A stretch of 60,210 bases of DNA, taken from assembly GCA_025464325.1 (NCBI GenBank), contig JAODGH010000039.1:1-60210 (forward strand), written 5' to 3'. A program made the position numbers and the translations under genes. Positions within the stretch are counted from its first letter, which is position 1, and each line of letters opens with the position of its first letter. Positions 29,334 to 40,080 of this stretch are shown piece after piece. Under the pieces are notes generated by a model. That model searched no databases, was not told the origin of the DNA, and saw nothing but the letters and a program-made list of their open reading frames with translations. Source of the DNA: Methanosarcinales archaeon (GTDB lineage Archaea; Halobacteriota; Syntropharchaeia; Alkanophagales; Methanospirareceae).

Positions 29334-30779
29334 ATGGTACAAGCGATGAAAAGCGATGTGAAAATCGGTCTGGAGTGTCACGCCCAACTTCTCACCCGCT
29401 CGAAATTGTTCTGCCCGTGCCCCACGGACTATCATAATGCCGACCCGAACACGCACGTATGCCCGATCTGCCTGGGTTTGCCGGGTGCACTCCCAGCAGT
29501 GAATGCGATGGCGGTACGGTACGCTATAAAAGTAGCACTTGCTCTGGGCTGTGAAGTGCAGCCGGAGATAATATTCTATCGTAAGAACTATTACTATCCC
29601 GATCTGCCAAGAGGTTTCCAGATAACCCAGTACGATTTCCCCATTGCATTCAACGGCATGGTACGAATAGAGAGCGATGGCGGGGAACGAGAGATACGGA
29701 TAAGACGTGTGCATCTCGAAGAAGATCCCGGCAGACTGATATATAAAGGCACAATTGACACTGCCAGGCATTCGCTCGTTGATTATAACCGCTCGGGTAT
29801 ACCCCTTGTCGAGATAGTGACCGAGCCAGACCTCAGATCACCGAAAGAAGCGAGGGTGTTTCTCAACAAATTGAGGAGCATTCTGGAATACCTGGGCGTA
29901 TTCAATGGTGATCTTGAGGGGGCAATGCGCGTCGATGCCAACATATCACTTGCCGGTGGTGAACGTGCCGAGGTCAAGAACATATCATCATACAAGGGTG
30001 TGGAACGTGCGTTATCGTTTGAGATCACGAGACAGCGTAACCTGTTAAGGCGGAATTTGTCGGTAAAGCAGGAGACACGTCACTATGATGAAGTGCGCGG
30101 GATAACCATTTCAATGCGTACAAAAGAGTTTGAGGAGGATTATCGCTACTTCCCCGAGCCCGATCTCGTGCCCATTCGTATCGCGGAATACGTACCAGAA
30201 CTGAAAGCTGAGATACCCGAGTTACCGGACGAGAGGCGGAAACGATTCATAATCCAATACTCCATAACGCCTGAACACGCCACTGCACTCACGTATGATA
30301 AACTCATAGCGGACTTTTATGAGGCGGTGGCATCGGAAATCGATCCCAAACTGAGTGCTACATGGATCGCCGATGTTCTGAAGGGTGAATTGAATTACCG
30401 GTCTATAACAATGCGAGAGGCGATGGACAGACTTTCACCGGACGATTTCGTGACCATCCTGCGCCACCTTGAACGGGGTGTAATCACGGAGCGAGGTGCA
30501 ACGGTGGTTATAAGGGAGATACTTGACCGGGGCGGTAAACCCGAAGAGATAATAAAACGCAAGAAACTGGCGCGTATCAGTTCGGCAGAGATGCAACAGG
30601 CGATAGATGCGGTGCTAAACGATAAAGAGAATACAGGTGCAATATCGGATTATCTCGCGGGTAAGAGCGAAGCGTTGAATTTCCTCGTCGGGCAGGTGAT
30701 GAAATATACACGCGGGCGGGCAGAGCCCAAAGAGGTCCGCAGTATGTTAGAGAATGCTCTCAGGAATGCATCCGGATAG
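29334..30779 (+). CDS. gatB: Asp-tRNA(Asn)/Glu-tRNA(Gln) amidotransferase subunit B
   Basis: IGLECHAQL, RKNYYYPDLP, DYRYFPEPDL, FLVGQVMK. Confidence 0.96.
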   Translation: MVQAMKSDVKIGLECHAQLLTRSKLFCPCPTDYHNADPNTHVCPICLGLPGALPAVNAMAVRYAIKVALALGCEVQPEIIFYRKNYYYPDLPRGFQITQYDFPIAFNGMVRIESDGGEREIRIRRVHLEEDPGRLIYKGTIDTARHSLVDYNRSGIPLVEIVTEPDLRSPKEARVFLNKLRSILEYLGVFNGDLEGAMRVDANISLAGGERAEVKNISSYKGVERALSFEITRQRNLLRRNLSVKQETRHYDEVRGITISMRTKEFEEDYRYFPEPDLVPIRIAEYVPELKAEIPELPDERRKRFIIQYSITPEHATALTYDKLIADFYEAVASEIDPKLSATWIADVLKGELNYRSITMREAMDRLSPDDFVTILRHLERGVITERGATVVIREILDRGGKPEEIIKRKKLARISSAEMQQAIDAVLNDKENTGAISDYLAGKSEALNFLVGQVMKYTRGRAEPKEVRSMLENALRNASG

Positions 30780-32100
30780 ACTTATAGCGAGTCCGGAACT
30801 GGAGAGACGGCTGGGTATCTGGTATTACGCCACACGGACGGAAGGCATTGGCGGTATTATAAAGCAGATCCCTTCTGACTTCGTCGTTCGTGAAGTGACC
30901 AATCGAGCTGAGAAGGACACGGGTGAATTCCTGATTGTCGAACTCAAAAAGGAGAATTGGGATACCAACAGTGTGATAAGGGAGATATCGAGGCGATTGG
31001 GCATCAGCAGGAATCGGATAGGGTTCGCGGGTACCAAGGACAAATTCGCTGTTACAATACAGAAGCTCAGCATCCGGGGCATAAATGATGAGGATCTGAA
31101 GCGAGTAAGACTCGCAGATGTGACATTACGGATATTGGGGCGGTCAAATAAGCCGGTATCACTCGGCGACCTCTATGGCAATGAATTTGACATCGTCATT
31201 CGCGGTCTGAAAGGCAGTGAGAACGAGATACTTACTAAGATCGATTCTATCTCAAAAGAGATCGAGACACTCGGTGGCGTGCCCAATTACTTCGGGCTTC
31301 AGCGTTTCGGGATCAGACGTCCAATAACGCACCTTGTGGGTGAGCATCTTTTGCGGGGTGATATAAAAGCCGCGGTGATGACCTATCTCTCGTACATATC
31401 GCCGGACGAAAGTGAGGCTGTGAGACGAGCGAGGGAGCTGTGTCGTGAGGGTGATTTCAAAGAATGCTTGAAACAAATGCCGCTACGCTACGAACGAGCG
31501 TTACTGAACGCGCTGGTAAAGGCAAAAGGAAGTCCCGGTGAAGCCGATTATGTCGCAGCTTTACGAGCGTTACCACAGAACCTGCAGAAGCTATTCATAC
31601 ATGCGTATCAGGCTTATCTATTCAATATCGTACTGAGCAAGCGTATGGAAAAACAGATCCCCCTTAATGAAGCTGTGGTTGGCGATGTGGTCTGCTACCG
31701 CAATGAATCCGGTTTTGCCGATCCGGGCAGGATCGAACGTGTGACCGCAGACAAAGTAGAAGCGATAAATCGACTGATACGACATGGTAGAGCCTTTGTC
31801 ACCGCACCGATATTTGGGTTCGCGATCGAATTGGGTACGGGTCCCGCGGGGGATATAGAGCGAGAGGTTCTGGACGAAGCGGGTATAAAGCTATCAGATT
31901 TCCGGACTATAGTGCCCGGTATGAGCTCTAAGGGCACGAGACGACCGATCATAGTGCCAGTAAAGGTCAAATGCGTCGAATTAGCACCTGATGAGCTCAA
32001 TCATGGCTGTAAACGGTTGAAATTGCATTTTTTCCTGCCAAAGGGTTCTTATGCCACTGTCGTACTACGTGAGTATATGAAATGCGTACATAGCGCCTAA
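30754..32100 (+). CDS. truD: tRNA pseudouridine(13) synthase
   Basis: AGTKDK, PNYFGLQRFG, LPKGSYAT; start may be 30766. Confidence 0.95.
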   Translation: MLSGMHPDRLIASPELERRLGIWYYATRTEGIGGIIKQIPSDFVVREVTNRAEKDTGEFLIVELKKENWDTNSVIREISRRLGISRNRIGFAGTKDKFAVTIQKLSIRGINDEDLKRVRLADVTLRILGRSNKPVSLGDLYGNEFDIVIRGLKGSENEILTKIDSISKEIETLGGVPNYFGLQRFGIRRPITHLVGEHLLRGDIKAAVMTYLSYISPDESEAVRRARELCREGDFKECLKQMPLRYERALLNALVKAKGSPGEADYVAALRALPQNLQKLFIHAYQAYLFNIVLSKRMEKQIPLNEAVVGDVVCYRNESGFADPGRIERVTADKVEAINRLIRHGRAFVTAPIFGFAIELGTGPAGDIEREVLDEAGIKLSDFRTIVPGMSSKGTRRPIIVPVKVKCVELAPDELNHGCKRLKLHFFLPKGSYATVVLREYMKCVHSA

Positions 32101-32273
32101 AACTATCTTCAATAGCAAGTGGAAAGCTATTTATCAGGATTGTGCCTCTTTTATAAGGAAATAGAATATGAGTGCGCCCTGTATTTCCCATTATAATGAA
32201 CTTCCCTTTCCGGGCATGGACCGAGTCGCGGAATTGGTTCATTTCTCTGTGCCTGATCGGAGTGCTATGCGGG

Positions 32274-34566
32274 ATGAATAGTGATAGAGATATACTGGCA
32301 GAACAGGCGGTAGAAGTTGAGAGTCTTGGTGAGTTGTCGCCGGAATGGTATCTGCAGAATTTGATATCACAGACGTTGGTGAGGTTGGTGGAACAATCGG
32401 ATGTCGAAACGCTGCTTGACGAGGATACTGTTATAGCAGCAGTGAATGACGCGTTCATCGCGCACGGGTTCAGGGTACGGACCGATATGATAAGGGCTTT
32501 GCTCTACAAGCCCAAACTGAAACCTGAGGAGCTGGCTATCTTAAATTCCGACTGTAACTGGCTGGCACGTAACATAAAAGCACGACTTGGTGATTATAAT
32601 GCATTACTCAATTTTATCAAACTCCTATCATGGACCACCAACATAAAGTCACAGCATCCGGTAGAGGCGCGCTGGCCGGTACTAAAAGCGGTGACACTAT
32701 TGACCCGGGAGGATCAGGCGAAACTAATCGCCATTCTCGCTGATACCGGTCCTTCGTTACAGACCGACACGCTGATATATTGAGCCGTACTTCCCATATG
32801 GTGTGTGCAGTCGTGGCGGTAAGGACAGGATTGAGCCGCTGGACTGGAGCAGGGTGATAAAGAACATAAAAGAATACACAAGGTTTGAGGTGACGGTTGC
32901 CGGTAAACGGGTCGAGACGATTGTATATTCTGGTGAGACGATCGGGGAAGGGATAAGAGTATTTCTCATCCGGGACAGTGCGAACTATTACGTTAGGCTG
33001 CTGTATTATTTCGGTGGCGAATACACGAGCTGGGAGGACTTTTCTGAATTCTTCTCACGTGCTGCGTTTAGATTGATCGTGATGGAAGAGGAGCGGACGT
33101 TCAGGAATAATGACGGGATGGAATACATACCACCCATCGTACACACAAATGAGGCTCAGACTGCACTGGTGAATGTACTGAGGTTCATAGAGACGCCGGA
33201 ATTCATGAACGAGGCGCTATTCTGGTTCACCACTCACACATACGGTAACCGTGGGATATTCAGTAGAGAGGACGGAATGCGGATATTGAATGGCTGGGGC
33301 GTTCCCGATTCCATGAAATGGTGGTTTATGCGTGCCGGTGTGGTAGACATAAGCAGTGGTGGGATAAGGTCTGCCGACGGTGTAAACGGTGTGAGCGAGC
33401 TGCAGGTAGAAGAGGTGAAGGGCTATGACGAGGGCGTACCAATGGTATCCATAACCAACGGTGATGATAGAAGTCACACGGCAGCCGAATTTCGTAAGGT
33501 GTTCCAGGGCTCGTTCCCGGATGCCGATCTTGATTATCCGGAGCCATGGCAGATACTGGTTGCGAAACGTATGGCAAAGGTCAAATTCGGGTTGAATCCG
33601 TATCAGCCCGTGATATCCTATTCTGGCAGGCTGGTGGATGAGAAAGCGGGTCGTAAGCGCGCATTCACCGATGATAACATCGAAGCACTGGTGAAAATGG
33701 GCGTACAGGTCATCATTTTTGGTAATGTACAGCCAGGAGAGGGAAGCAGGAGGATATACACGGGACTAAAAGAGCTTCTGAGCCGGCTGAACGTTAAGAA
33801 CTACCCCGGTAAATTCATACTATCGGGCAGATTCACGATAGAGGAGCAGATAGCTCTTTTAGCTGTTACCGATATCCAGGTTCAGGATTCTGATCGTGGT
33901 ACCGAAGCTGCGGGATATACCGAAGCGGATATATCTGCGAATGGTGGGCTCGTACTCGGACCCCCCTACAAAGAGGGCATCATACAGGCACAGGGCGAGA
34001 TGATCAACTTCGCCATACCTGGTGACGGTAACACTGCAATACCCGCGAATCCAAAGCCAGACAGCTATCTCGCAGTTCTCAAAAGGCTGATAAAGCAGAA
34101 ACCTCTCGATTTGGCGAAGTACCAGGCTACTTCTGTCCGTCTCAGTCGCATACTGGAAGCGGACCTCACCGCGGCTGAGTACCTGAGGCAGTGGGATGAA
34201 GCACTGAAGAGCGAGGGTGGTATCGCAATAGAAGATTCAAGGGCGTTAAACGATGTGGTGACGCTCAGACCGGGCGAGAGCTGCCAGGTAACGGCGCTGG
34301 TGCGTTTAAAGTCGGGAGTGCCACTGGAAGAAGTGCTTGTGCAGGTCTGGACAAACGCGACGGAGAACGGTAACTGGGCGCCGAAGAACATGCATCTCGA
34401 AACCAAGGAGGGCGATAAGTACATATACAAATGCACGATAAGCCCACCACGTTCTGGCGTCTTCGAATATACCTTAAGAGCGTCTCCGGACTTCGGTAAG
34501 AGCTGGCAATGGGCTGGTAAACCGGGTGAGAACCGCGTTATACGGGTGACAGAACACGATCAATGA
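32274..34566 (+). pseudogene. Frameshift-split alpha-glucan phosphorylase/glycogen-synthase-like GT-B protein with C-terminal beta-sandwich module
   Basis: Second ORF (32803-34566) has HTNEAQ, FTTHT, NGVS, SITNG, GRLVDEK. The first ORF ends TLIY* at an ATATAT run, where a shift gives TLIYIEPYFPYG continuing into the second ORF. Confidence 0.6.
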
Positions 34567-35486
34567 TGGTTGTACCTGTCCCTCAATTTATCCAGATGAT
34601 CGTGGGTGTGCTCGTGGATGTGTAGATGTATGTGCCCTTCATGTGTCTCTGCAACCTTCGTCAGTTGCTTAATCGCTTCATCTATTGAGAGCGGTAGATC
34701 TTCGCAGTTGTAACCAAAACACCGCAACACTTCGAACAGCTTGAATATCTCGGGTACTTCCAGGTTGTTCGCCTTTATCAGTTCGAAATCCGAGAATATC
34801 TCCTGTGGCGTACCTTCTGCAATTATCGTTTTATTCAGTACGTATACACGATCCATCAGGTCTGGAATGGCATTTACGTCATGTGTGGAAATTATTATCG
34901 TTTTTCCCTCATTATTCAATTCTCTTATTATTCCTATCAATTCAGAGCGACTCTTCGGATCTAAATCCGATGTGGGTTCATCCATGAGTATCACTTCCGG
35001 GTCTATACTGAGTATCGCCGCTATTGCAGCTTTCCTCTTCTCCCCTCCACTCAGGTTGTATGGATGCTTGTCTTTTAGTCCCACGATGTTCAGGAGCTTA
35101 AGAGCTCGTTCCACACGCTCATCTATTTCTTCTCCTGGAATATCCAGGTGTTGTGGCCCAAATGCGACATCGTCATAGACCGTTGGAGAAAACAGTTCTA
35201 TGTCGGGATCTTGGAAAACGAAGCCTACCTTACTCCTGAATTCATATATCTCTTTACTGTTCAGCGTTGCACTGTTAAGGACCTTACCAAATGCCCTTAC
35301 ACTGCCACGAGATGCGGGAATCAACCCATCGAGAATTTTAAGTAGCGTGGTCTTTCCTCCACCGTTTGGGCCCAGGATTGCCACCCGCTCCCCCTCGTAT
35401 ATCTCCATGCTCACATTTCTCAGTGCTTCTGACCCTGTGGGATAATAGTAGAACACATCATCAAGTTCAAAAATTGCTTTTTTCAC
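34560..35486 (-). CDS. cbiO: ECF Ni/Co transporter ATPase with His-rich tail
   Basis: GPNGGGKT, FQDPD, LSGGEK, MDEP; tail HEGHIHLHIHEHTHDH. Confidence 0.92.
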   Translation of the reverse strand: MKKAIFELDDVFYYYPTGSEALRNVSMEIYEGERVAILGPNGGGKTTLLKILDGLIPASRGSVRAFGKVLNSATLNSKEIYEFRSKVGFVFQDPDIELFSPTVYDDVAFGPQHLDIPGEEIDERVERALKLLNIVGLKDKHPYNLSGGEKRKAAIAAILSIDPEVILMDEPTSDLDPKSRSELIGIIRELNNEGKTIIISTHDVNAIPDLMDRVYVLNKTIIAEGTPQEIFSDFELIKANNLEVPEIFKLFEVLRCFGYNCEDLPLSIDEAIKQLTKVAETHEGHIHLHIHEHTHDHLDKLRDRYNHH

Positions 35487-36362
35487 TTATGCTATCACCT
35501 CTGTGATTAATGCAAAAATACAAAAACCTATTATGGATGATAAAAATATATAATCACGCAGACCGGGTGGACGAGAATCAGAGCGGATATTCTTGTATTC
35601 ACCACCAAACCCCCGCGAAAGCATAGCCAGATAGATATTCTCACTCATGTCATAGGATTTGATGAACAGAGCTCCGAGAATGCCTGCATTCAGTTTCCAG
35701 CTTTTCACCGCTTTCTCCTTTCCAATTACCCGGCTCTTACGCGATAACAACATCTTGGACACCAGATCAAGCAACAGGAAGATGTATCGATATGACATCC
35801 CCATGATCAGCACAAACATCTTCGGGAATCTCAATGCTGTAAGCGTACTTACGAGATCAGACCATCGTGTGGTGAGCATGAGCAAGATTGCAAATGACAC
35901 TGCGGTTGTTACACGCGCTAAGAACGTGGATGCCCAAAATACACCCTCTCGCGTTATTTCTATTCTCGAAAACGGTCTGAGTAGTGGCAGGTGTATCACT
36001 CGCTGGAAATCGTAGAGCACGAGTAGCGGTGTTCCCTCAACCGGCTGAAAAACATTGAAGATGTATGGTAATGCAATGATGCCAGTAAATACAGGGATAA
36101 ACAGCAATACTCTGGGCAAATAAGATCTGAGTGGAATGCGCGATAATGCTGCTAACATGAGAGATACTGAGAAGAATACTATGATAAGATACACGTTACG
36201 AGCGAAGATGTTGGCGGTGATGAGTACCATAAACGCTATGAACTTCACTTTTGTGTCTATTGCCTGTAGTAAACCTTTCCGTTTTGCATATTCTTCAGAA
36301 AATACCGCGTCCCGTATATAATCAACGATTTCCGCGAGGGTCTTATCCACAAATTTGCTCAT
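35487..36362 (-). CDS. cbiQ: ECF Ni/Co transporter T component
   Basis: YRYIFLL, SRKSR, AMLSRGF. Confidence 0.9.
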   Translation of the reverse strand: MSKFVDKTLAEIVDYIRDAVFSEEYAKRKGLLQAIDTKVKFIAFMVLITANIFARNVYLIIVFFSVSLMLAALSRIPLRSYLPRVLLFIPVFTGIIALPYIFNVFQPVEGTPLLVLYDFQRVIHLPLLRPFSRIEITREGVFWASTFLARVTTAVSFAILLMLTTRWSDLVSTLTALRFPKMFVLIMGMSYRYIFLLLDLVSKMLLSRKSRVIGKEKAVKSWKLNAGILGALFIKSYDMSENIYLAMLSRGFGGEYKNIRSDSRPPGLRDYIFLSSIIGFCIFALITEVIA

Positions 36363-36443
36363 TTTCGGCTAATATAATATCTCCTTTGTCTAAAAGAGTG
36401 GCATAAGAATAGCATAACAAAAATAACGAATAAAGGGAGATTG

Positions 36444-36758
36444 CTACATCCCCCTATGCAGCTCTATCGCCTTTACTATACCGAGAACTACGAGCATGGT
36501 AAGTGCTATCCCAATTATCGCAGAGATCCAGTAGCCAATCGATGCCATCAGTTTGTTATCCCAGCCTTCAACATTGTAATCTGGTAAGGGCGCACCGAAA
36601 TATGACCGCGGTGTCCAGTTTATCCCGTGCGCGGTATCTTGAACTTCGCCCCACTCGCCCCACGCATCGCCACAGTTCCATGTAGCAAGGATACCAATAG
36701 GCACAATTGCCACGAAAAAGCCCATCACTATCAGTGCTTTCTTAACCCATGATTCCAT
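36444..36758 (-). CDS. NikN/PDGLE-type auxiliary membrane component
   Basis: Two transmembrane segments; AWGEW and APLPDY; between the M and Q genes. Confidence 0.8.
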   Translation of the reverse strand: MESWVKKALIVMGFFVAIVPIGILATWNCGDAWGEWGEVQDTAHGINWTPRSYFGAPLPDYNVEGWDNKLMASIGYWISAIIGIALTMLVVLGIVKAIELHRGM

Positions 36759-36761
36759 TTC

Positions 36762-37427
36762 TTAACCCATCACCCCCGGTGTCTTCCTACCGAGCTCGAG
36801 CAAATCCGGTCTGCTTTTCGCCAGATAGCCTACCACTACAGAGGTTACCACCGCTGCTACGGGTCCTGCAGTGGTGATATGCGCAAATGCCATTGCGGGT
36901 ATGGACAGGTTAAGTCCGTAGGGGCAGTATCCCGGTGCGATATATGGCTGAATTCCGAACTCTATCGCGGCGAATATCGCAGCGACGTTGATTGCAATGT
37001 ATGCAGCTATTCCTGATGCGACCACTTTACCTGCTCGCTCTTCAAGAGCACGGTAGATATAGTACCCAACGAATGGGAGTACGAACGCCATATTGAAACA
37101 GTTGGCACCTAACGCTGTTATTCCGCCATCGCCGAAGAAGAACGCCTGTATCACCAAAGCCACGGTAATACCAATCACAGCAGCCCAGGGACCGAGAATT
37201 ATCGCAAACAATGTACCACCGACCATGTGTGCTGTTGTGCCATCCGGGACGGGCCAGTTGAACATCATCACAAGGAAAGAAGCCGCCGAGAGAACTGCAA
37301 GCATTGGTACTTCCTTTGGCCCCAGTTGCTCTCCTACCTTCCTAAATGCTATCGCCCACACCGGTATCATCACTGCAAACATCACCGCAGACGTTAAAGG
37401 ACCCAGGTATCCATCGGGTATATGCAT
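36762..37427 (-). CDS. cbiM: ECF Ni/Co transporter S component (NikM/CbiM)
   Basis: N-terminus MHIPDGYL (NikM-like); GTTAH; GDGGITALGAN. Confidence 0.92.
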   Translation of the reverse strand: MHIPDGYLGPLTSAVMFAVMIPVWAIAFRKVGEQLGPKEVPMLAVLSAASFLVMMFNWPVPDGTTAHMVGGTLFAIILGPWAAVIGITVALVIQAFFFGDGGITALGANCFNMAFVLPFVGYYIYRALEERAGKVVASGIAAYIAINVAAIFAAIEFGIQPYIAPGYCPYGLNLSIPAMAFAHITTAGPVAAVVTSVVVGYLAKSRPDLLELGRKTPGVMG

Positions 37428-37831
37428 TTACCTCGTTACACCTCCTTCTCGCTCTTTTCTTCTTACCATTTTACCACCTTCTCTTAATATTTTCGCTCAG
37501 ACTATAAAATTAAAACTCATATAATATAAAAAGATTCGGCTTTTGAAGGGGTATTGCGTAACCCGCCTCTCACTATTTCGAGCATTTTTTGTGGCTCATG
37601 TTTAGATTGTACTTATGACGCTCATAGTTTTATGGTTTAATATCGCATTACAGGAGATAGAATCTGCTGCTCCTTCATAAACAACAGTTAGTTATTTACT
37701 GGAAAAATGTATACGCTACTGGTAATAGATGGAGATGGTGAAATAGGGTATAGTACGGGGAACAGAGTCGGAGCGATGTTCATAATCGCTCGGACTTCTA
37801 TCTATATACTTTCTGTGGACATCTACTATGT

Positions 37832-37882
37832 AGTCGATGAATTAAGGTACGGACTGAATTGAGGAGTTTTGGGTTCGAGATA
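37832..37882 (+). ncRNA. Candidate box C/D guide sRNA
   Basis: C-like TCGATGA (37834-37840), 13-nt spacer, D' CTGA (37854-37857), C' TGAGGA (37860-37865), weak D box (TCGA or GAGA); TATATA about 25 nt upstream. Confidence 0.35.
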
Positions 37883-37976
37883 TGTGTCAAAAAAAGAGGA
37901 GTTATAGAAGTTTGCCGAATGGTAGTTGTTGATGTGCTAAATTTAATTTAGTCGGCTTTATAAATTAGTTAGAGTA

Positions 37977-38049
37977 GGAGTCGTGTGGTAGCGGACTATC
38001 CCTTCGGGCTTCGGACCCGATGACCTGGGTTCAAATCCCAGCGACTCCG
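37977..38049 (+). tRNA. tRNA-Arg(UCG), no intron, CCA not encoded
   Basis: Acceptor stem GGAGTCG/CGACTCC, anticodon arm TCGGG-CTTCGGA-CCCGA, T-arm CTGGG-TTCAAAT-CCCAG. Confidence 0.95.
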
Positions 38050-38052
38050 TAA

Positions 38053-39126
38053 GTGATGCATATGGACAGGATAAGAGAGTTGATAGAAAGAACGGGCATT
38101 CTGGATAACGCGGCTATGGATGCGGCGAAGGTACGACAGGATCGACTGACGAAACCACCCGGTAGTCTTGGTATACTGGAGTCACTATCCGTGAAAGTCG
38201 CGGGGATCACAGGAAATCCTTTACCCGAGCTGAAGCACAGGGTGATTATAACGATGGCGGGCGATCATGGCGTAGCTACGGAAGGTGTGAGTGCATACCC
38301 GAGAGAAGTAACTGCGCAGATGGTCTACAATTTCCTTAACGGGGGTGCGGCGATAAACGTTCTTGCACGGCATATCGGTGCGAGGGTGGTTGTTGTAGAT
38401 ATGGGTGTGGCAGCGGACATAGATGCGAATACCGGTTCTTTCGTTAATAAGAAGGTTGATTATGGTACTGCGAGCATATCGAAAGGTAGCGCAATGAGCT
38501 ATGAAGCCGCTATTCGGGCGATAGAAGCGGGTATCGATGTGCTGGAGAATGAGCTGACGAAAGGGCTGGATATCGTCGGTGTCGGTGATATGGGCATTGG
38601 CAATACCACTCCAAGCAGTGCCATTACTGCATTCATAACAGGCAAACCCGCGGCAGAGGTCACCGGACGTGGCACTGGTCTTGATGATACTGGCTTAAAA
38701 CGCAAGATAGAACTGGTAAAGCGTGCGCTGGAGGTTAATAAGCCAGACAGAAACGATGCTATAGACATTTTAGCGAAACTGGGGGGTTTTGAGATAGGTG
38801 GTATGGCGGGTGTAATGCTTGCTGCCGCGGCACATCATGTCCCGGTGGTCATAGACGGTTTTATATCCGGTGCAGCAGCACTTATTGCGTACGAACTGAA
38901 TCACAGGCTGAAGGATTACCTCATCGCATCGCATATGTCGGTGGAATCAGGACATAGAGCTATCCTGGACTATATCGGGCTAAAGCCCATAATCGATCTG
39001 GAGATGCGACTCGGAGAGGGTACCGGTGCCGCACTGGGGATCAATATAGTGGATGCTGCATGCAAGATCCTGTGTGAGATGGCTACGTTTGAAGAAGCCG
39101 GGGTATCGGATAGAGAGGAACGGTGA
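38053..39126 (+). CDS. cobT: Nicotinate-nucleotide--dimethylbenzimidazole phosphoribosyltransferase
   Basis: LTKPPGSLG, AGDHG, GDMGIGNTT, MRLGEGTGA. Confidence 0.95.
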   Translation: MMHMDRIRELIERTGILDNAAMDAAKVRQDRLTKPPGSLGILESLSVKVAGITGNPLPELKHRVIITMAGDHGVATEGVSAYPREVTAQMVYNFLNGGAAINVLARHIGARVVVVDMGVAADIDANTGSFVNKKVDYGTASISKGSAMSYEAAIRAIEAGIDVLENELTKGLDIVGVGDMGIGNTTPSSAITAFITGKPAAEVTGRGTGLDDTGLKRKIELVKRALEVNKPDRNDAIDILAKLGGFEIGGMAGVMLAAAAHHVPVVIDGFISGAAALIAYELNHRLKDYLIASHMSVESGHRAILDYIGLKPIIDLEMRLGEGTGAALGINIVDAACKILCEMATFEEAGVSDREER

Positions 39127-40065
39127 GTGAGGTCAGAAGTTGTCTATGGACCGGTACCATCACGCCGGCTTGGACGTTCTCTGGGCGTCAGTCCCATACC
39201 CTATAAGACATGTGATTATTCCTGTGTGTACTGTCAGCTTGGCAGGACAACGCGTATGACGGTTCGGCGTGATGACTTCTTCGCACCGGAAGCGATAATG
39301 GAAGAGATTGAACGAGCAATTGAACAGCAAAAGGGTGCGATTGATTTCGTTACTTTCGTTGGAGAAGGTGAGCCCACCCTGTGCAGGAGTTTAGGATGGT
39401 TAATTCATAAGACGAAAGAGATGGTGGATATACCAGTAGCAGTAGATACAAACGGGTCGCTTCTTTATCGCCCGGATGTAAGAGCTGAGTTGCAGAGTGC
39501 GGATGTCGTGATGCCTTCGCTTGATGCTGGCACACCTGAAACGTTCCGGAAGATAAACCGACCACACAGAGGGCTTGATTTCGAAACGGTAGTCAGGGGC
39601 ATGGTCGAATTCAGCAGAGGTTATGATGGCGAAGTATGGATGGAAGTCATGTTAGTAAAAGGAGCCAATGACACGCAGCCGGAGCTGGAAGCGCTGAAAT
39701 ATCTGCTTGAACGCATAGAACCCGAACGCACGTATCTGAATGTACCGATAAGACCCCCTGCAGAATCATGGGTGGTGCCACCTGACGAAGAAGCTATTGC
39801 ACTTGCGCATGAGGTTCTCAATGATCTCAATGTTATGGATCTAACCTGTGAAGAGACAGGTGAATTCATGGTTACCGGGTTCGAGAGTCCGGAAGAGGCG
39901 ATTTTGAAATTGATAAGACGGCATCCAATGCGTGAGACGCAGGTTATTGAGACTCTGAGCAGGATGGGGTACAGCGGTGTCCCCGATAGCCTGAAGAGAC
40001 TGCATGAGTGTGGTGAGATAAAACGGGTGAGATACCGTGGTAAAGTCTTCTGGCTCTCAAGCTGA
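39127..40065 (+). CDS. Radical SAM protein (uncharacterised) with C-terminal wHTH-like segment
   Basis: YGPVPSRRLGRSLG, CDYSCVYC, GEGEPTL, TNGSL. Confidence 0.88.
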   Translation: MRSEVVYGPVPSRRLGRSLGVSPIPYKTCDYSCVYCQLGRTTRMTVRRDDFFAPEAIMEEIERAIEQQKGAIDFVTFVGEGEPTLCRSLGWLIHKTKEMVDIPVAVDTNGSLLYRPDVRAELQSADVVMPSLDAGTPETFRKINRPHRGLDFETVVRGMVEFSRGYDGEVWMEVMLVKGANDTQPELEALKYLLERIEPERTYLNVPIRPPAESWVVPPDEEAIALAHEVLNDLNVMDLTCEETGEFMVTGFESPEEAILKLIRRHPMRETQVIETLSRMGYSGVPDSLKRLHECGEIKRVRYRGKVFWLSS

Positions 40066-40080
40066 GGTGGGTGGGACGAT

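Noticed and set aside
37977..38049. tRNA as an integration site
   Set aside because: No duplicate tRNA 3' end or integrase seen in the window; flanking genes are housekeeping
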